Program-made: the position numbers and the translations under genes
Notes under the pieces: generated by a model
What the model was told of the DNA's origin: nothing
The model's input: the letters and a program-made list of their open reading frames with translations, nothing else
The model's database searches: none
Origin: Thermoplasmata archaeon
GTDB lineage: Archaea > Thermoplasmatota > Thermoplasmata > Lutacidiplasmatales > UBA184
NCBI GenBank assembly: GCA_030038095.1
Contig: JASHPK010000010.1
Location: 2,309 to 66,308 of the forward strand
Direction: 5' to 3'
Length of the DNA stretch: 64,000 bases
Shown: in pieces, positions 1-8,679 of the stretch
Layout of the letters: each line of letters opens with the position of its first letter
How positions within the stretch are numbered: position 1 is the first letter of the stretch

Positions 1-125
1 ATTGGCAGTGGGTGGAGTCCCGGATCCATCCGAACCCTTTCTAAAAGGAAGCCTGAGCGTCCGGCCCGTGCTCATCTCGGGAGTTGACCGGACACGGAGC
101 GCAGACTGCCCGCTCGCGGGGTGTC

Positions 126-169
126 GGACGCAACGCGAGGGCCCGCCGGGCCGGCGGAGAATTGCGTCC
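126..169 (-). terminator. Stable hairpin immediately 3' of tRNA-Lys, preceded by a T-run; candidate terminator or processing structure
   Basis: An 8-bp perfect inverted repeat GGACGCAA...TTGCGTCC encloses a GC-rich, internally palindromic loop (GGCCCGCCGGGCC). The minus strand reads TTTCGG directly after the tRNA 3' end. Confidence 0.3.
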
Positions 170-183
170 GCCGACCTCCGAAA

Positions 184-257
184 CGGGCCCGAGGGGATTC
201 GAACCCCTGACCTTGCGGTTAAGAGCCGCCTGCTCTACCGAGCTGAGCTACGGGCCC
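184..257 (-). tRNA. tRNA-Lys (anticodon CUU), 74 nt, no encoded CCA
   Basis: Reverse complement reads GGGCCCG-TA-GCTC..GAGC-A-GGCGG-CTCTTAA-CCGCA-AGGTC-AGGGG-TTCGAAT-CCCCT-CGGGCCC-G. It has a 7-bp acceptor stem, a canonical T-arm (GGGGTTCGAATCCCC) and anticodon loop CU-CUU-AA. There is one G-A mismatch at the base of the anticodon stem. Confidence 0.85.
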
Positions 258-306
258 ACAGCGAGGGCGGCCGACCCGGCTCCCCGAGATAAACTCTCCC
301 TGCTGC

Positions 307-957
307 TCACCGCAGCGTCCCCGAGAGGACGCTGATCGCCCGGCTCAGGTCCGCCTGGTCGAGCAGGAAGATCGTGTCGGTGTAGCAGCTGAGCGCCTCC
401 ACGATGTTGATTGACTGGGCCGAGAGTACTCCGGTCAGGAGCGTGAGGAGCCCGGGCGTGTGCTCCACGGTCTCGGGGCTCGTGACCGAAACTTCGACCA
501 AGCCCCGTCGCACCCCGAGGAGCTGGTCCGAGCGCAGAACCTTCGTCAGACGAGCCACGGACTCCTCGTCGACGATGATCACGGTGCCTCTCGACACCTG
601 GATCAGCCGGCACAGCGCGCTCTCGTCGAGGAGCTCCTCGACTACGTCGGCCACGCGCTGCAGGACGTCCGGCCCGTGGGTCACGGTGACCGCCGCGACC
701 TTCGTCCGCGTTTCGATCCGGCTGCGACGCACCAGCCGCTCCACGCTCGCGCTCCGCGTCGCCCCGCCACGACCCCGCGGATAGCGCCGACAGGCCGCGA
801 TGACGGCGTCCGGACGGCGCAGGCCAAGGTCCGCGGCGATCACGCGGGCCACGGCCGAATGGTTGGCGACCCCGAGGCGGACGGCGTTTCCCAGCATCGG
901 GTGCGCGTCCAGGTACCCGCGGACGCGCCGGGCCACCGACTCCTCTCCATTCGACAT
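307..957 (-). CDS. Predicted regulator of amino-acid metabolism with ACT domain (COG2150-like), divergent from the arg cluster
   Basis: 216-aa ORF with high GC3. The N-terminal region is HTH-like (YLDAHPMLGNAVRLGVANHSAVARVIAADLG). The C-terminal half resembles an ACT fold (VEVSVTSPETVEHTPGLLTLLTGVLSAQSINIVEA). Confidence 0.5.
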   Translation of the reverse strand: MSNGEESVARRVRGYLDAHPMLGNAVRLGVANHSAVARVIAADLGLRRPDAVIAACRRYPRGRGGATRSASVERLVRRSRIETRTKVAAVTVTHGPDVLQRVADVVEELLDESALCRLIQVSRGTVIIVDEESVARLTKVLRSDQLLGVRRGLVEVSVTSPETVEHTPGLLTLLTGVLSAQSINIVEALSCYTDTIFLLDQADLSRAISVLSGTLR

Positions 958-1057
958 ATTCGTCCGATTTTGGACAGAGTAGACCGATCATGTCCCTCAG
1001 CGGGCACATGGTATATGACCCCATCGCGCGTGTCGCGGTTGCAATCCCATCGCTCCG
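958..1057. promoter_or_regulatory. Divergent intergenic region between the ACT regulator and argG with AT-rich TATA-like elements (e.g. GGTATATGA at 1008-1017)
   Basis: This is the only AT-rich stretch in the area (ttttggacagagtagacc and catatggtatatgacc). It sits upstream of both divergent genes. Confidence 0.25.
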
Positions 1058-2287
1058 ATGTCCCCCGCGAAGGTCGTTCTGGCATACTCCGGGGGGCTCG
1101 ACACCTCCGTGGCGATTCCTTGGCTACGCGAAACGAAGGGCCTCGACGTGGTGACCCTCACCGCCGACGTCGGCCAACCGGTCGATCTCGAGGAGGTCCG
1201 GGCCAAGGCGCTCCGATCGGGCGCCGTCGATGCCCGGGTCCTCGATCTCCGCCGAGAGTTCGCCGAGGGGTTTCTCGTCCCCGCCCTCCGCGTGAACGCG
1301 CTCTACGAAGGGGTGTATCCCCTCAGCACCGCCCTGGCCCGACCGCTGATCGGCCAACACTTGGTCGCGCTGGCTCGCGAGGTGGGAGCGATCCACATCG
1401 CCCACGGGTGCACGGGGAAGGGGAACGACCAGGTCCGGTTCGACCTCTGCACGACGAGCCTCGCGCCGGACCTGAGGGTCATCGCCCCGGCGCGTGAGTG
1501 GAAGATGACCCGGGAGGACGAGGTCGCCTACGCGGCGCGTCACGGGATCCCCGTCGCCGCGACTCGCGCCTCCCCCTACAGCACCGACGAGAACCTCTGG
1601 GGCCGATCGATCGAGTGCGGGACGCTCGAGGACCCGGCGGTCGAGCCTCCCGAGGAGGTCTACGACTGGACCCGTTCGCCCGAGTCGGCCCCGGCCGCGG
1701 CCGAGCGCGTCGTGATCGAGTTCGTGGACGGGCGGCCGGTCGCGCTGAACGGCCAGAGTCTTCCCGTGCACGAGCTGATCCAGCAGCTGAACCAAGCGGC
1801 GGGAGCTCACGGAGTCGGGCGGATCGACCACGTGGAGTCCCGGGTGGTCGGCATCAAGTCCCGCGAGGTGTACGAGTGCCCGGCGGCGCTCACGCTCATT
1901 CGGGCCCACCAGGCGCTCGAGGGCCTCGTGCTCCCCCGCGACCTCCTGGAATTCAAGCGAGGGATCGAGCGCCGGTATGCGGAGCTCGTCTACGACGGGC
2001 TCTGGTTCACGCCGTTGCGCTCGGCTCTCGACGCCTTCGCCGTGGAGACCCAGCACCGGGTCACCGGTTCGGTCTCGATGAAGCTCTATCGCGGCTCGGC
2101 GACCGTGGTCGGCCGCGACTCGCCCCACTCCCTCTACCGGCCGGAGCTCGCGACCTACTCGAGCGGAGACCGGTTCCGTCCCGAGATGGCGGAGGGGTTC
2201 ATCTACGTCTGGGGGCTCCCCGCGCGAACCTGGGGCGCCACCGCCGCCCCGCCCCCGCCCTCCTCGTCCGCCGGGGACCCGACCTGA
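1058..2287 (+). CDS. argG: Argininosuccinate synthase
   Basis: N-terminus VVLAYSGGLDTSV is the PP-loop. Full-length 409-aa match to the ArgG family. Confidence 0.95.
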   Translation: MSPAKVVLAYSGGLDTSVAIPWLRETKGLDVVTLTADVGQPVDLEEVRAKALRSGAVDARVLDLRREFAEGFLVPALRVNALYEGVYPLSTALARPLIGQHLVALAREVGAIHIAHGCTGKGNDQVRFDLCTTSLAPDLRVIAPAREWKMTREDEVAYAARHGIPVAATRASPYSTDENLWGRSIECGTLEDPAVEPPEEVYDWTRSPESAPAAAERVVIEFVDGRPVALNGQSLPVHELIQQLNQAAGAHGVGRIDHVESRVVGIKSREVYECPAALTLIRAHQALEGLVLPRDLLEFKRGIERRYAELVYDGLWFTPLRSALDAFAVETQHRVTGSVSMKLYRGSATVVGRDSPHSLYRPELATYSSGDRFRPEMAEGFIYVWGLPARTWGATAAPPPPSSSAGDPT

Positions 2288-2305
2288 CTGGAGGGGAGCA
2301 ATCGC

Positions 2306-3667
2306 ATGGACCCCGCGGTGAGCGTTCCCGCTTACGTTCGTTCCCCGAGCGTGACGTTCCTGAGCTCGATCAGCATGGACCGCCATCTGGCCCGGTACGA
2401 CGTCGCGGGGAGCGTGGCCCACGCCGAGATGCTGGCCCGCGTCGGGCTGCTCCCCGCGGAGGAGTCCGCCCACCTCGTGGCTGGGCTGCGAGCGATCGCT
2501 CGCGAGATCGCGGCCGGCTCGTTCCCCTGGCGGGAAGAGCTCGAGGACGTCCACACGAACGTGGAGGTTCGACTCGGGGAGCTCGTGGGAGCCGTGGCGG
2601 GGAAGCTCCATACCGGGCGCAGCCGCAACGACCAGGTCGCGCTCGATGAGCGCCTCTACCTCCGCGCGGAGGTCGTGGACCTCGGCGGGCGACTCCACAC
2701 ACTCCTCGCCGCGCTCCTCGCCCGGGCCGACTCCGAGGCCGAGATCGTGATGCCCGGCTACACGCACCTGCAGCGGGCGCAACCGATCACGCTCGGCCAC
2801 TACTGGCTTGCCCATCACGCCCGGTTCGAACGGGACCTCGAGCGGCTCCTCGCCTCGGCGGCGCGCGCCGACGTCTCCCCGCTCGGTGCCGGAGCCCTCG
2901 CCGGCTCCACCCTTCCTCTCGACCCCCGCTGGACCGCGGCCCGCCTCGGCTTCTCCCGGCCCTTCTCGAATTCGCTCGATGCCGTCAGCGATCGCGATCC
3001 GTTCGCGGAACTCGCGTTCGACCTGGCCCTCCTCCTGGTCCATGCGAGCGCCCTCGCCGAGGAAATCGTCGTCTTCGCGAGCGCTGAGTTTGGGTTTCTG
3101 GAGCGGTCCGGATCGCTCGGGGCCGGCTCGAGCCAGATGCCCCAGAAGCACAACCCGGACGTCGCCGAGTTGATCCGGGCGAAGGCTTCGCGCGCGATCG
3201 GGGACCTCACCTCCGAGCTCGTCCTCCTGAAGGGGATCCCGCTCGCCTACGACCGGGACCTGCAGGAGGACAAGCCCCCGGTGGTGGACGCGGTGGCCAC
3301 CGCGCGGGCGGTCCTCGATGCGCTCCTGACCCTCGTCCCGGCGCTCCGGTTCGACCGGTCCCGGCTCGACGCGGCCACCCGCCATCCCGATCTCTACGTC
3401 ACCGACCGCGCGGAATCCCTCGTCCGGCAAGGGGTCGCGTTCCGCGCGGCGCACGAGCGCCTCTCCGTCGAACCCGCCGAGGAGGGCCCGATCGACCCCC
3501 GCCGCTCGGTGGCCCTTCGAAGCTCGTTCGGAGGTCCGGCGCCCGAATCCGTCCGCCGGCAGCTCGAGGCCGCCCGGAGCCGCCTCGAGTCGCTCACCGA
3601 TTCCCTCTCCTCGCTTGGCCGGAAGACCGAGCTCGTCGAGGAGCTACTGAAGGAGCAGATCCGATGA
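2306..3667 (+). CDS. argH: Argininosuccinate lyase
   Basis: Fumarate-lyase family. Conserved ASL segments are present (SISMDRHLARYDVAGSVAHAEMLARVGLL, GSSQMPQKHNPDVAEL). The stop overlaps the next gene's ATG (ATGA). Confidence 0.92.
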   Translation: MDPAVSVPAYVRSPSVTFLSSISMDRHLARYDVAGSVAHAEMLARVGLLPAEESAHLVAGLRAIAREIAAGSFPWREELEDVHTNVEVRLGELVGAVAGKLHTGRSRNDQVALDERLYLRAEVVDLGGRLHTLLAALLARADSEAEIVMPGYTHLQRAQPITLGHYWLAHHARFERDLERLLASAARADVSPLGAGALAGSTLPLDPRWTAARLGFSRPFSNSLDAVSDRDPFAELAFDLALLLVHASALAEEIVVFASAEFGFLERSGSLGAGSSQMPQKHNPDVAELIRAKASRAIGDLTSELVLLKGIPLAYDRDLQEDKPPVVDAVATARAVLDALLTLVPALRFDRSRLDAATRHPDLYVTDRAESLVRQGVAFRAAHERLSVEPAEEGPIDPRRSVALRSSFGGPAPESVRRQLEAARSRLESLTDSLSSLGRKTELVEELLKEQIR

Positions 3668-3825
3668 CCGAATGCCCGGAGTGCGCCGCGTCCGTCCCGA
3701 ACGACGACCGAATCCTGGGGGAGGTCTTCCCCTGCCCCGACTGCGGGACCGACCTCGAGGTCGTGGGCGCGAGCCCGTTCGCGCTCGAACCCGCCCCGAA
3801 GGAAGCCGAGGACTGGGGTGAGTGA
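3664..3825 (+). CDS. lysW: LysW/ArgW amino-group carrier protein (53 aa); absent from the supplied ORF track because it is under 60 aa
   Basis: Translation is MTECPECAASVPNDDRILGEVFPCPDCGTDLEVVGASPFALEPAPKEAEDWGE. It has a CxxC...CxxC zinc ribbon and the diagnostic C-terminal EDWGE tail. It sits between argH and lysX. The ATG overlaps the argH stop. Confidence 0.8.
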   Translation: MTECPECAASVPNDDRILGEVFPCPDCGTDLEVVGASPFALEPAPKEAEDWGE

Positions 3826-4669
3826 CGGGTTCTCGATCGGGGTCTTCTGCACGATCGTCCGGCCCGAGGAGAAGGCGATCCTCCGGGCCGCCGAGGCCCG
3901 GGGGGTCCGGGCTGAGCGGATCGACGACGCCGAGGTGACCTTCCCGCTCGAGCGGCCGCCCGGCCTCCCCGACGTGGTGCTGAATCGCTCGGTGAGCCAC
4001 ACGCGGTCGGTCTACGCGACCCGGTGCTACGACCACTACGGGGTCCGGACGATCAACGCCCCCGACGTGGTCGAGCTCGCCGGGGACAAGGTCCGCACGT
4101 CGCTCCGGCTCGCGGAACGGGGGATCCCGACCCCCCGCACGGTCGTGGCGCTCTCGCCCGAGGCGGCGATGCGGGCGATCGAGCAGATCGGGTACCCCGC
4201 CGTCCTGAAGCCGGCGGTCGGCTCCTGGGGTCGACTCATGGCCCGGGTCGACGACGCGAACGACGCCGAGCAGATCCTGGAGCACAAGGCGGCCCTCTCC
4301 TCCCCCGTCCATTCGGTGATCTACGTGCAGGAGTTCGTGCCGAAGCCCGACCGGGACCTCCGGGTGTTCGTCATCGGCGATCGCGTGGTCGCGGCGATGG
4401 CCCGGCGGTCGTCGGACTGGCGGACGAACGCCGCCCGCGGGGCGGCGACCGAGGCGGTCGAGCCGACGCCCGAGCTCACCGAGCTCGCGGTACGGGCCGC
4501 GGAGGCCGTGGGCGGGGGCGTGCTCGCGGTTGACCTCATGGAGTCCCCCCGCGGGCTCGTCGTACACGAAGTGAACCCCACGCCCGAGTTCAAGGCCCTC
4601 GCGGCGGTGACCGGCCGCGATATCGCCGGAGCGATCGTCGATCACGCGGTGGCGGTGGGACGCGCGTGA
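3818..4669 (+). CDS. lysX: LysX/ArgX, RimK-type ATP-grasp ligase that loads glutamate or alpha-aminoadipate onto LysW
   Basis: ATP-grasp/RimK family (MSDGFSIGVFCTIVRPEEKAIL...). The GTG start overlaps the end of lysW. Confidence 0.9.
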   Translation: MSDGFSIGVFCTIVRPEEKAILRAAEARGVRAERIDDAEVTFPLERPPGLPDVVLNRSVSHTRSVYATRCYDHYGVRTINAPDVVELAGDKVRTSLRLAERGIPTPRTVVALSPEAAMRAIEQIGYPAVLKPAVGSWGRLMARVDDANDAEQILEHKAALSSPVHSVIYVQEFVPKPDRDLRVFVIGDRVVAAMARRSSDWRTNAARGAATEAVEPTPELTELAVRAAEAVGGGVLAVDLMESPRGLVVHEVNPTPEFKALAAVTGRDIAGAIVDHAVAVGRA

Positions 4670-5691
4670 AGGCCGCGATCGTCGGCGGATCCGGGTACGT
4701 CGGGGGCGAGCTCCTGCGGCTCCTCCTCGGCCACCCCGAGGTCGAAGTCGTCCAGGTGACGTCCGATTCGATGGCCGGCCGCGCCGTGGGTCGCGCGCAC
4801 CCGAACCTGCGGCACGCGACGGATCTGGTCTTCGCGCCTCACGGCGAGCTGAAATCGACCGACGTCGCGTTCCTCGCGACGCCCCACGGGGAGTCGATCG
4901 AGCGGGTCCCGACGCTCCTCGCCTCCGGTACGCTCGTCATCGACCTCTCCGCCGACTTCCGTCTCAAGGACCCGGACGCGTACGTGCGCTACTACGGCCG
5001 GGCCCACCCCTACGCGGACCTCCTCGCGCGCAGCGTCTACGGTCTGCCCGAGCTCCACCGCGACGCCCTCCGCACCGCGCCCCTGATCGCGGTCCCGGGG
5101 TGCATCGCGACGGCCTCGATCCTCGCGCTCCATCCCCTCGTCCGGGCCGGTTTCGTCGATCGGTCCCCGACCGTCGTCGACGCGAAGAGCGGCTCGTCCG
5201 CCGGAGGCATCGAACCGGGCCCCGCGGGAACCCACGCGGAGCGATCGGGGAGCCTGCGGGCCTACGCGAGCGTCGGCCACCGGCACACCGCGGAGATCGA
5301 GCAGGAGACCGGCCTCACGATCGCCCTCACCTGCCACGCGGTGGAGGCCGTTCGGGGCGTCCTCGCGACCGCCCATGCGCTCTCGAGCTCGGCCCCGGAC
5401 GAGCGGACGCTCTGGAAGGCGTACCGCGCGGCGTACGGCTCGGAGCGGTTCGTCCGCATCGTCCACGAGCCGGACGGGTCCCATCGGGAGCCGGACCCGA
5501 AGATCCTCGCGGGGACGAACTATTGCGACGTCGGTTTCGGCACGGACCCGCACGGCGGGCGGATCGTCGCCTACGGGGCGCTCGACAACCTCGGGAAGGG
5601 AGCGGCCGGAGCGGCGGTCCAGTGCCTCAACGTGCGCGCCGGGTTCCCCGAGGCGACCGGTCTCGGGTTCCTTGGCCTCCACCCGGTGTGA
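4666..5691 (+). CDS. lysY: LysY/ArgC, N-acetyl-gamma-glutamyl-phosphate reductase-type semialdehyde dehydrogenase acting on the LysW conjugate
   Basis: MKAAIVGGSGYVGGELLRLL Rossmann N-terminus. Catalytic Cys context is PGCIATASILAL. Confidence 0.9.
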   Translation: MKAAIVGGSGYVGGELLRLLLGHPEVEVVQVTSDSMAGRAVGRAHPNLRHATDLVFAPHGELKSTDVAFLATPHGESIERVPTLLASGTLVIDLSADFRLKDPDAYVRYYGRAHPYADLLARSVYGLPELHRDALRTAPLIAVPGCIATASILALHPLVRAGFVDRSPTVVDAKSGSSAGGIEPGPAGTHAERSGSLRAYASVGHRHTAEIEQETGLTIALTCHAVEAVRGVLATAHALSSSAPDERTLWKAYRAAYGSERFVRIVHEPDGSHREPDPKILAGTNYCDVGFGTDPHGGRIVAYGALDNLGKGAAGAAVQCLNVRAGFPEATGLGFLGLHPV

Positions 5692-5697
5692 AATCCG

Positions 5698-6492
5698 ATG
5701 ACGGTCGTGGTGAAGTTCGGCGGAGCCGCCGGCAACGACCCGGGGGCGCTCCTGCACGAGCTCCGGGGGCGGGAGGACTGCGTGCTCGTCCATGGCGGGT
5801 CCGACGCGGTCGACCGCCTCGGGGCCCGCCTCGGGGTCGCCCCACGATCGTTCACGTCCCCGACCGGGGTCGTCTCGCGACGCACCGACGCCGCCCAACT
5901 CGAGGTCATCGTCCTCGCCCTGGCGGGCGAGGTGCAGACCCGCCTGGTCGCGGGCCTGAACGCCCTCGGGCGACCGGCGGTCGGGCTCTCGGGGGTGGAC
6001 GGTCGGCTCGTGGCCGCCCATCGCAAGGAGGGGGCGCGCGAGGTCGTCGGCGGGCGCATCCTGCGCGTGGCGGACGACCGCTCCGGCGCGATCGAGTCGG
6101 TCGACCCGAAGCTGCTGAACCTGCTACTCTCGGCGGGCTACCTGCCCGTCGTCGGCCCCCCCGCACTGACCCCGGAAGGCGAGGTGTTGAACGTCGACGC
6201 GGACCGGGTCGCGGCCACGGTCGCGGTCGCGCTGGGCGCATCCGACCTGGTGCTCCTCACGAACGTGCCGGGGCTCCTCGGCGATCCGTCGGACCCGTCG
6301 ACGCTCCTCCGCGAGGTGGCCCGCGAGGGGATCGCGGAGGTGCTCCCGCTCGCGCGGGGCCGGATGCGCAAGAAGGTCCTCGCCGCCGAAGAGGCCCTCC
6401 GGGGCGGCGTCCGACGGGCGGTCATCGCGCCGTCCGACCGCGACTCCCCCATCGCCGACGCCCTCGCGGGCGGGGGGACGACCTTCCGATGA
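5698..6492 (+). CDS. lysZ: LysZ/ArgB, acetylglutamate-kinase-family kinase acting on the LysW conjugate
   Basis: Amino-acid kinase family (VVKFGGAA..., VLVHGGS). Confidence 0.88.
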   Translation: MTVVVKFGGAAGNDPGALLHELRGREDCVLVHGGSDAVDRLGARLGVAPRSFTSPTGVVSRRTDAAQLEVIVLALAGEVQTRLVAGLNALGRPAVGLSGVDGRLVAAHRKEGAREVVGGRILRVADDRSGAIESVDPKLLNLLLSAGYLPVVGPPALTPEGEVLNVDADRVAATVAVALGASDLVLLTNVPGLLGDPSDPSTLLREVAREGIAEVLPLARGRMRKKVLAAEEALRGGVRRAVIAPSDRDSPIADALAGGGTTFR

Positions 6493-7652
6493 TCGGACCG
6501 GGCGGGTCGGATCACCTCCGCCCCTTCGGGGGCTCCGGCCGGGACCGTCCCACCATCGTCCGGGGGGAGGGGGCCTCCCTCTTCGGGGCGGACGGCCGCC
6601 GGTACGTCGACCTCGGGGCGACGCACGGCGTCGGGAACCTCGGCGCCTGTCCGCCCGACGTCGTCCGGGCGGTGCAGCGCCAGGCGGCCGAGCTCCTCTA
6701 CCTCGGCTCGGGGTACCCGGTGCCGGCGCGGGACGCGTTCCTCGCGCGCCTCGGCGCCCTCCTTCCTCCGACGCTCGACCGGATCTTCCTCTCCAACTCC
6801 GGGACCGAGGCGGTGGAGGCGGCGATCAAGATCGCCCGCTCCGCGACCGGTCGGCCCCGGGTCGTCGCGGCGATGCGGGGGTTCCACGGGAGGACGTTCG
6901 GCAGCCTCAGCGCGACCTGGCGGAAGGAGCTCCGGGCCCCCTTCGAGCCCCTGCTTCCCGGGTTCGTGCACGTGCCGTTCAACGACGTCGCGGCCCTCGA
7001 GGCGGCCGTGGACGGCTCGACGGCCCTCATCCTCCTCGAGCCGGTCCAGGGCGAAGGAGGCGTGCACGTGGCCGACGAGGGCTACCTCCGCGCGGCCCGG
7101 GCGGTCACCGAGAGGACCGGGGCGCTCCTGGCGTTCGACGAGGTCCAGACCGGCGTCGCACGTACGGGCCGCCTCTTCGCCTTCGAGCGCTGGGGGATCG
7201 TGCCCGACCTGCTCCTCCTCGCGAAGTCGCTCGCGGGCGGGGTCCCGATCGGCGCGACCGTGACCACCGCGGAGGTCGAGTCCCGGTTCCGCGGCACGCA
7301 TCACTCGACCTTCGGGGGGAATCCGCTCGCCTGCGCCGCCGGCGACGCGGCGCTCGCGGCGGTCGCGCGGGACCGTCTCTGGGAGCGGGCCGAGCGGCTC
7401 GGCGCGATCGCCCACGAGCGGCTCGCCGCGCTCCCTCCGGAACGGGTCCGCGAGGTCCGCGGGCTGGGCCTCCTGATCGGGGTCGAACTGCGCGAGCGGG
7501 TCGCGCCGCTGCTCGAGCGCCTCGAGGCCCGCGGGTTCCTCGCCCTCCCCGCCGGCTCCACCGTGCTCCGCCTGTTGCCGCCGCTCGTGATCGAGGAGTC
7601 GGACCTGCGCGCGGGCCTCGAAGCGATCGAGGCGGAGATCGGCCGTGGATGA
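6489..7652 (+). CDS. lysJ: LysJ/ArgD, class III PLP aminotransferase (acetylornithine/LysW-conjugate aminotransferase)
   Basis: It lies in the same frame as the 850-aa composite ORF, but the real start is the ATG at 6489, which overlaps the lysZ stop. Class III aminotransferase motifs are present ([28 protein letters not shown]). Confidence 0.88.
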   Translation: MIGPGGSDHLRPFGGSGRDRPTIVRGEGASLFGADGRRYVDLGATHGVGNLGACPPDVVRAVQRQAAELLYLGSGYPVPARDAFLARLGALLPPTLDRIFLSNSGTEAVEAAIKIARSATGRPRVVAAMRGFHGRTFGSLSATWRKELRAPFEPLLPGFVHVPFNDVAALEAAVDGSTALILLEPVQGEGGVHVADEGYLRAARAVTERTGALLAFDEVQTGVARTGRLFAFERWGIVPDLLLLAKSLAGGVPIGATVTTAEVESRFRGTHHSTFGGNPLACAAGDAALAAVARDRLWERAERLGAIAHERLAALPPERVREVRGLGLLIGVELRERVAPLLERLEARGFLALPAGSTVLRLLPPLVIEESDLRAGLEAIEAEIGRG

Positions 7653-8679
7653 GGTCGAGGTGCTCGCCCGGCTCGTGGGCGAGTACAGCCCGTCCGGCGC
7701 CGAGGAACCGGCGGTCCGAGAGTTCTGCCGGATCGCCGTGCGACTCGGGTACCGGGCCCGGCTCGATGCCGCGGGCAACGGGATCGCGGTGCGCGGGCAC
7801 GGCCCTCCCCGGATCGTCTTCCTGGGCCACATCGACACCGTGCCCGGCCGGCTCCCCACCCTCGTGCGGCGGGGCCGCGTCCACGGCCGCGGCTCGGTCG
7901 ACGCGAAGGGGCCGCTCGCGGCCGCCCTCGTCGCCGGCCGGGAGTTCGACGGCCCGGGGACCCTCGAGATCCTCGCGGCGGTCGGAGAGGAGACGGACAG
8001 CCGGGGCGCCGGCCATCTGGCCCGTCGCCGGGGGATCGATTTCGCGATCGCGGGGGAGCCGAACCGATGGGATGGCGTCGGAGTGGGGTACAAGGGGTGC
8101 CTGCGCGTCGTCGCCACGTTCGACGGTCCCTCCCGTCACCTCACCTCGCCCTTTCCCACGAGCGCCGACCGGGCCCTCGCCTGGGCCGACGCCGCCCGGC
8201 AGGCCGTCCCGCCCCCGTCGGGGCCGTCCGCGTTCCGATCGATCACGCTCAAGATCGCCGGGGTCCGCACCGACACCGGTCGTCGGGACGTCACCCACGT
8301 CACGGTCGACCTCCGGCTCCCCCCCGGGACGTCCGTGCGGGAGGCGCTCGGGCTGCTCCCCCGCCCCTCTCCGCGGCCCGAGATCCGACCGGTCGCGAGG
8401 ATCGAGCCGTGGGAGGTCGCCGCCCCGTCCCCCGTGGTCGCGGCGCTCATCGCGTCGATCCGGGCGGAGGGGGGGCGGCCGACCCTCTGGCGGAAGGGCG
8501 GGACGAGCGACCTCAACGTGGTCGCCCCCGCCTGGGCCTGCCCCGCCGCGGTCTACGGGCCCGGCGACCCCCACCTCGACCATACCGCCCAGGAATCGCT
8601 CTCGATCGCGGAGCTGCGCCGTTCCGTCCGCGTGCTCCGGGGCGCCTTCGGTCGACTCGCCGCGTCGGGCGCGGCGTGA
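7645..8679 (+). CDS. lysK: LysK/ArgE, M20-family hydrolase that releases ornithine or lysine from LysW
   Basis: M20 peptidase motifs are present ([15 protein letters not shown]). It is the last gene of the carrier-protein cluster. Confidence 0.85.
   Translation: MDEVEVLARLVGEYSPSGAEEPAVREFCRIAVRLGYRARLDAAGNGIAVRGHGPPRIVFLGHIDTVPGRLPTLVRRGRVHGRGSVDAKGPLAAALVAGREFDGPGTLEILAAVGEETDSRGAGHLARRRGIDFAIAGEPNRWDGVGVGYKGCLRVVATFDGPSRHLTSPFPTSADRALAWADAARQAVPPPSGPSAFRSITLKIAGVRTDTGRRDVTHVTVDLRLPPGTSVREALGLLPRPSPRPEIRPVARIEPWEVAAPSPVVAALIASIRAEGGRPTLWRKGGTSDLNVVAPAWACPAAVYGPGDPHLDHTAQESLSIAELRRSVRVLRGAFGRLAASGAA

Noticed and set aside
1-183. Possible SRP (7S) RNA or C/D-box sRNA at the window start
   Set aside because: Only generic GC-rich helices and a weak AGATGAG C-box-like motif. 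No D box or conserved SRP domain IV elements could be identified by eye, and the region is truncated by the window edge.
1124-3454. 776-aa ORF on the minus strand across argG/argH
   Set aside because: It is antisense to two strongly supported genes. The product is Arg/Gly/Pro-rich low complexity with wrong-phase GC3. This is a typical high-GC shadow ORF.
5100-7652. 850-aa + strand ORF spanning lysY-lysZ-lysJ
   Set aside because: Composite: only the last 388 codons (from the ATG at 6489) match an aminotransferase. The upstream part is an out-of-frame read-through of lysY/lysZ that lacks stops because of GC richness.
4642-8583. Several long minus-strand ORFs (4642..6021, 6138..8117, 7105..8583)
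   Set aside because: They are antisense to the lysY-lysK genes. The products are Arg/Pro/Gly-rich with no domain resemblance.
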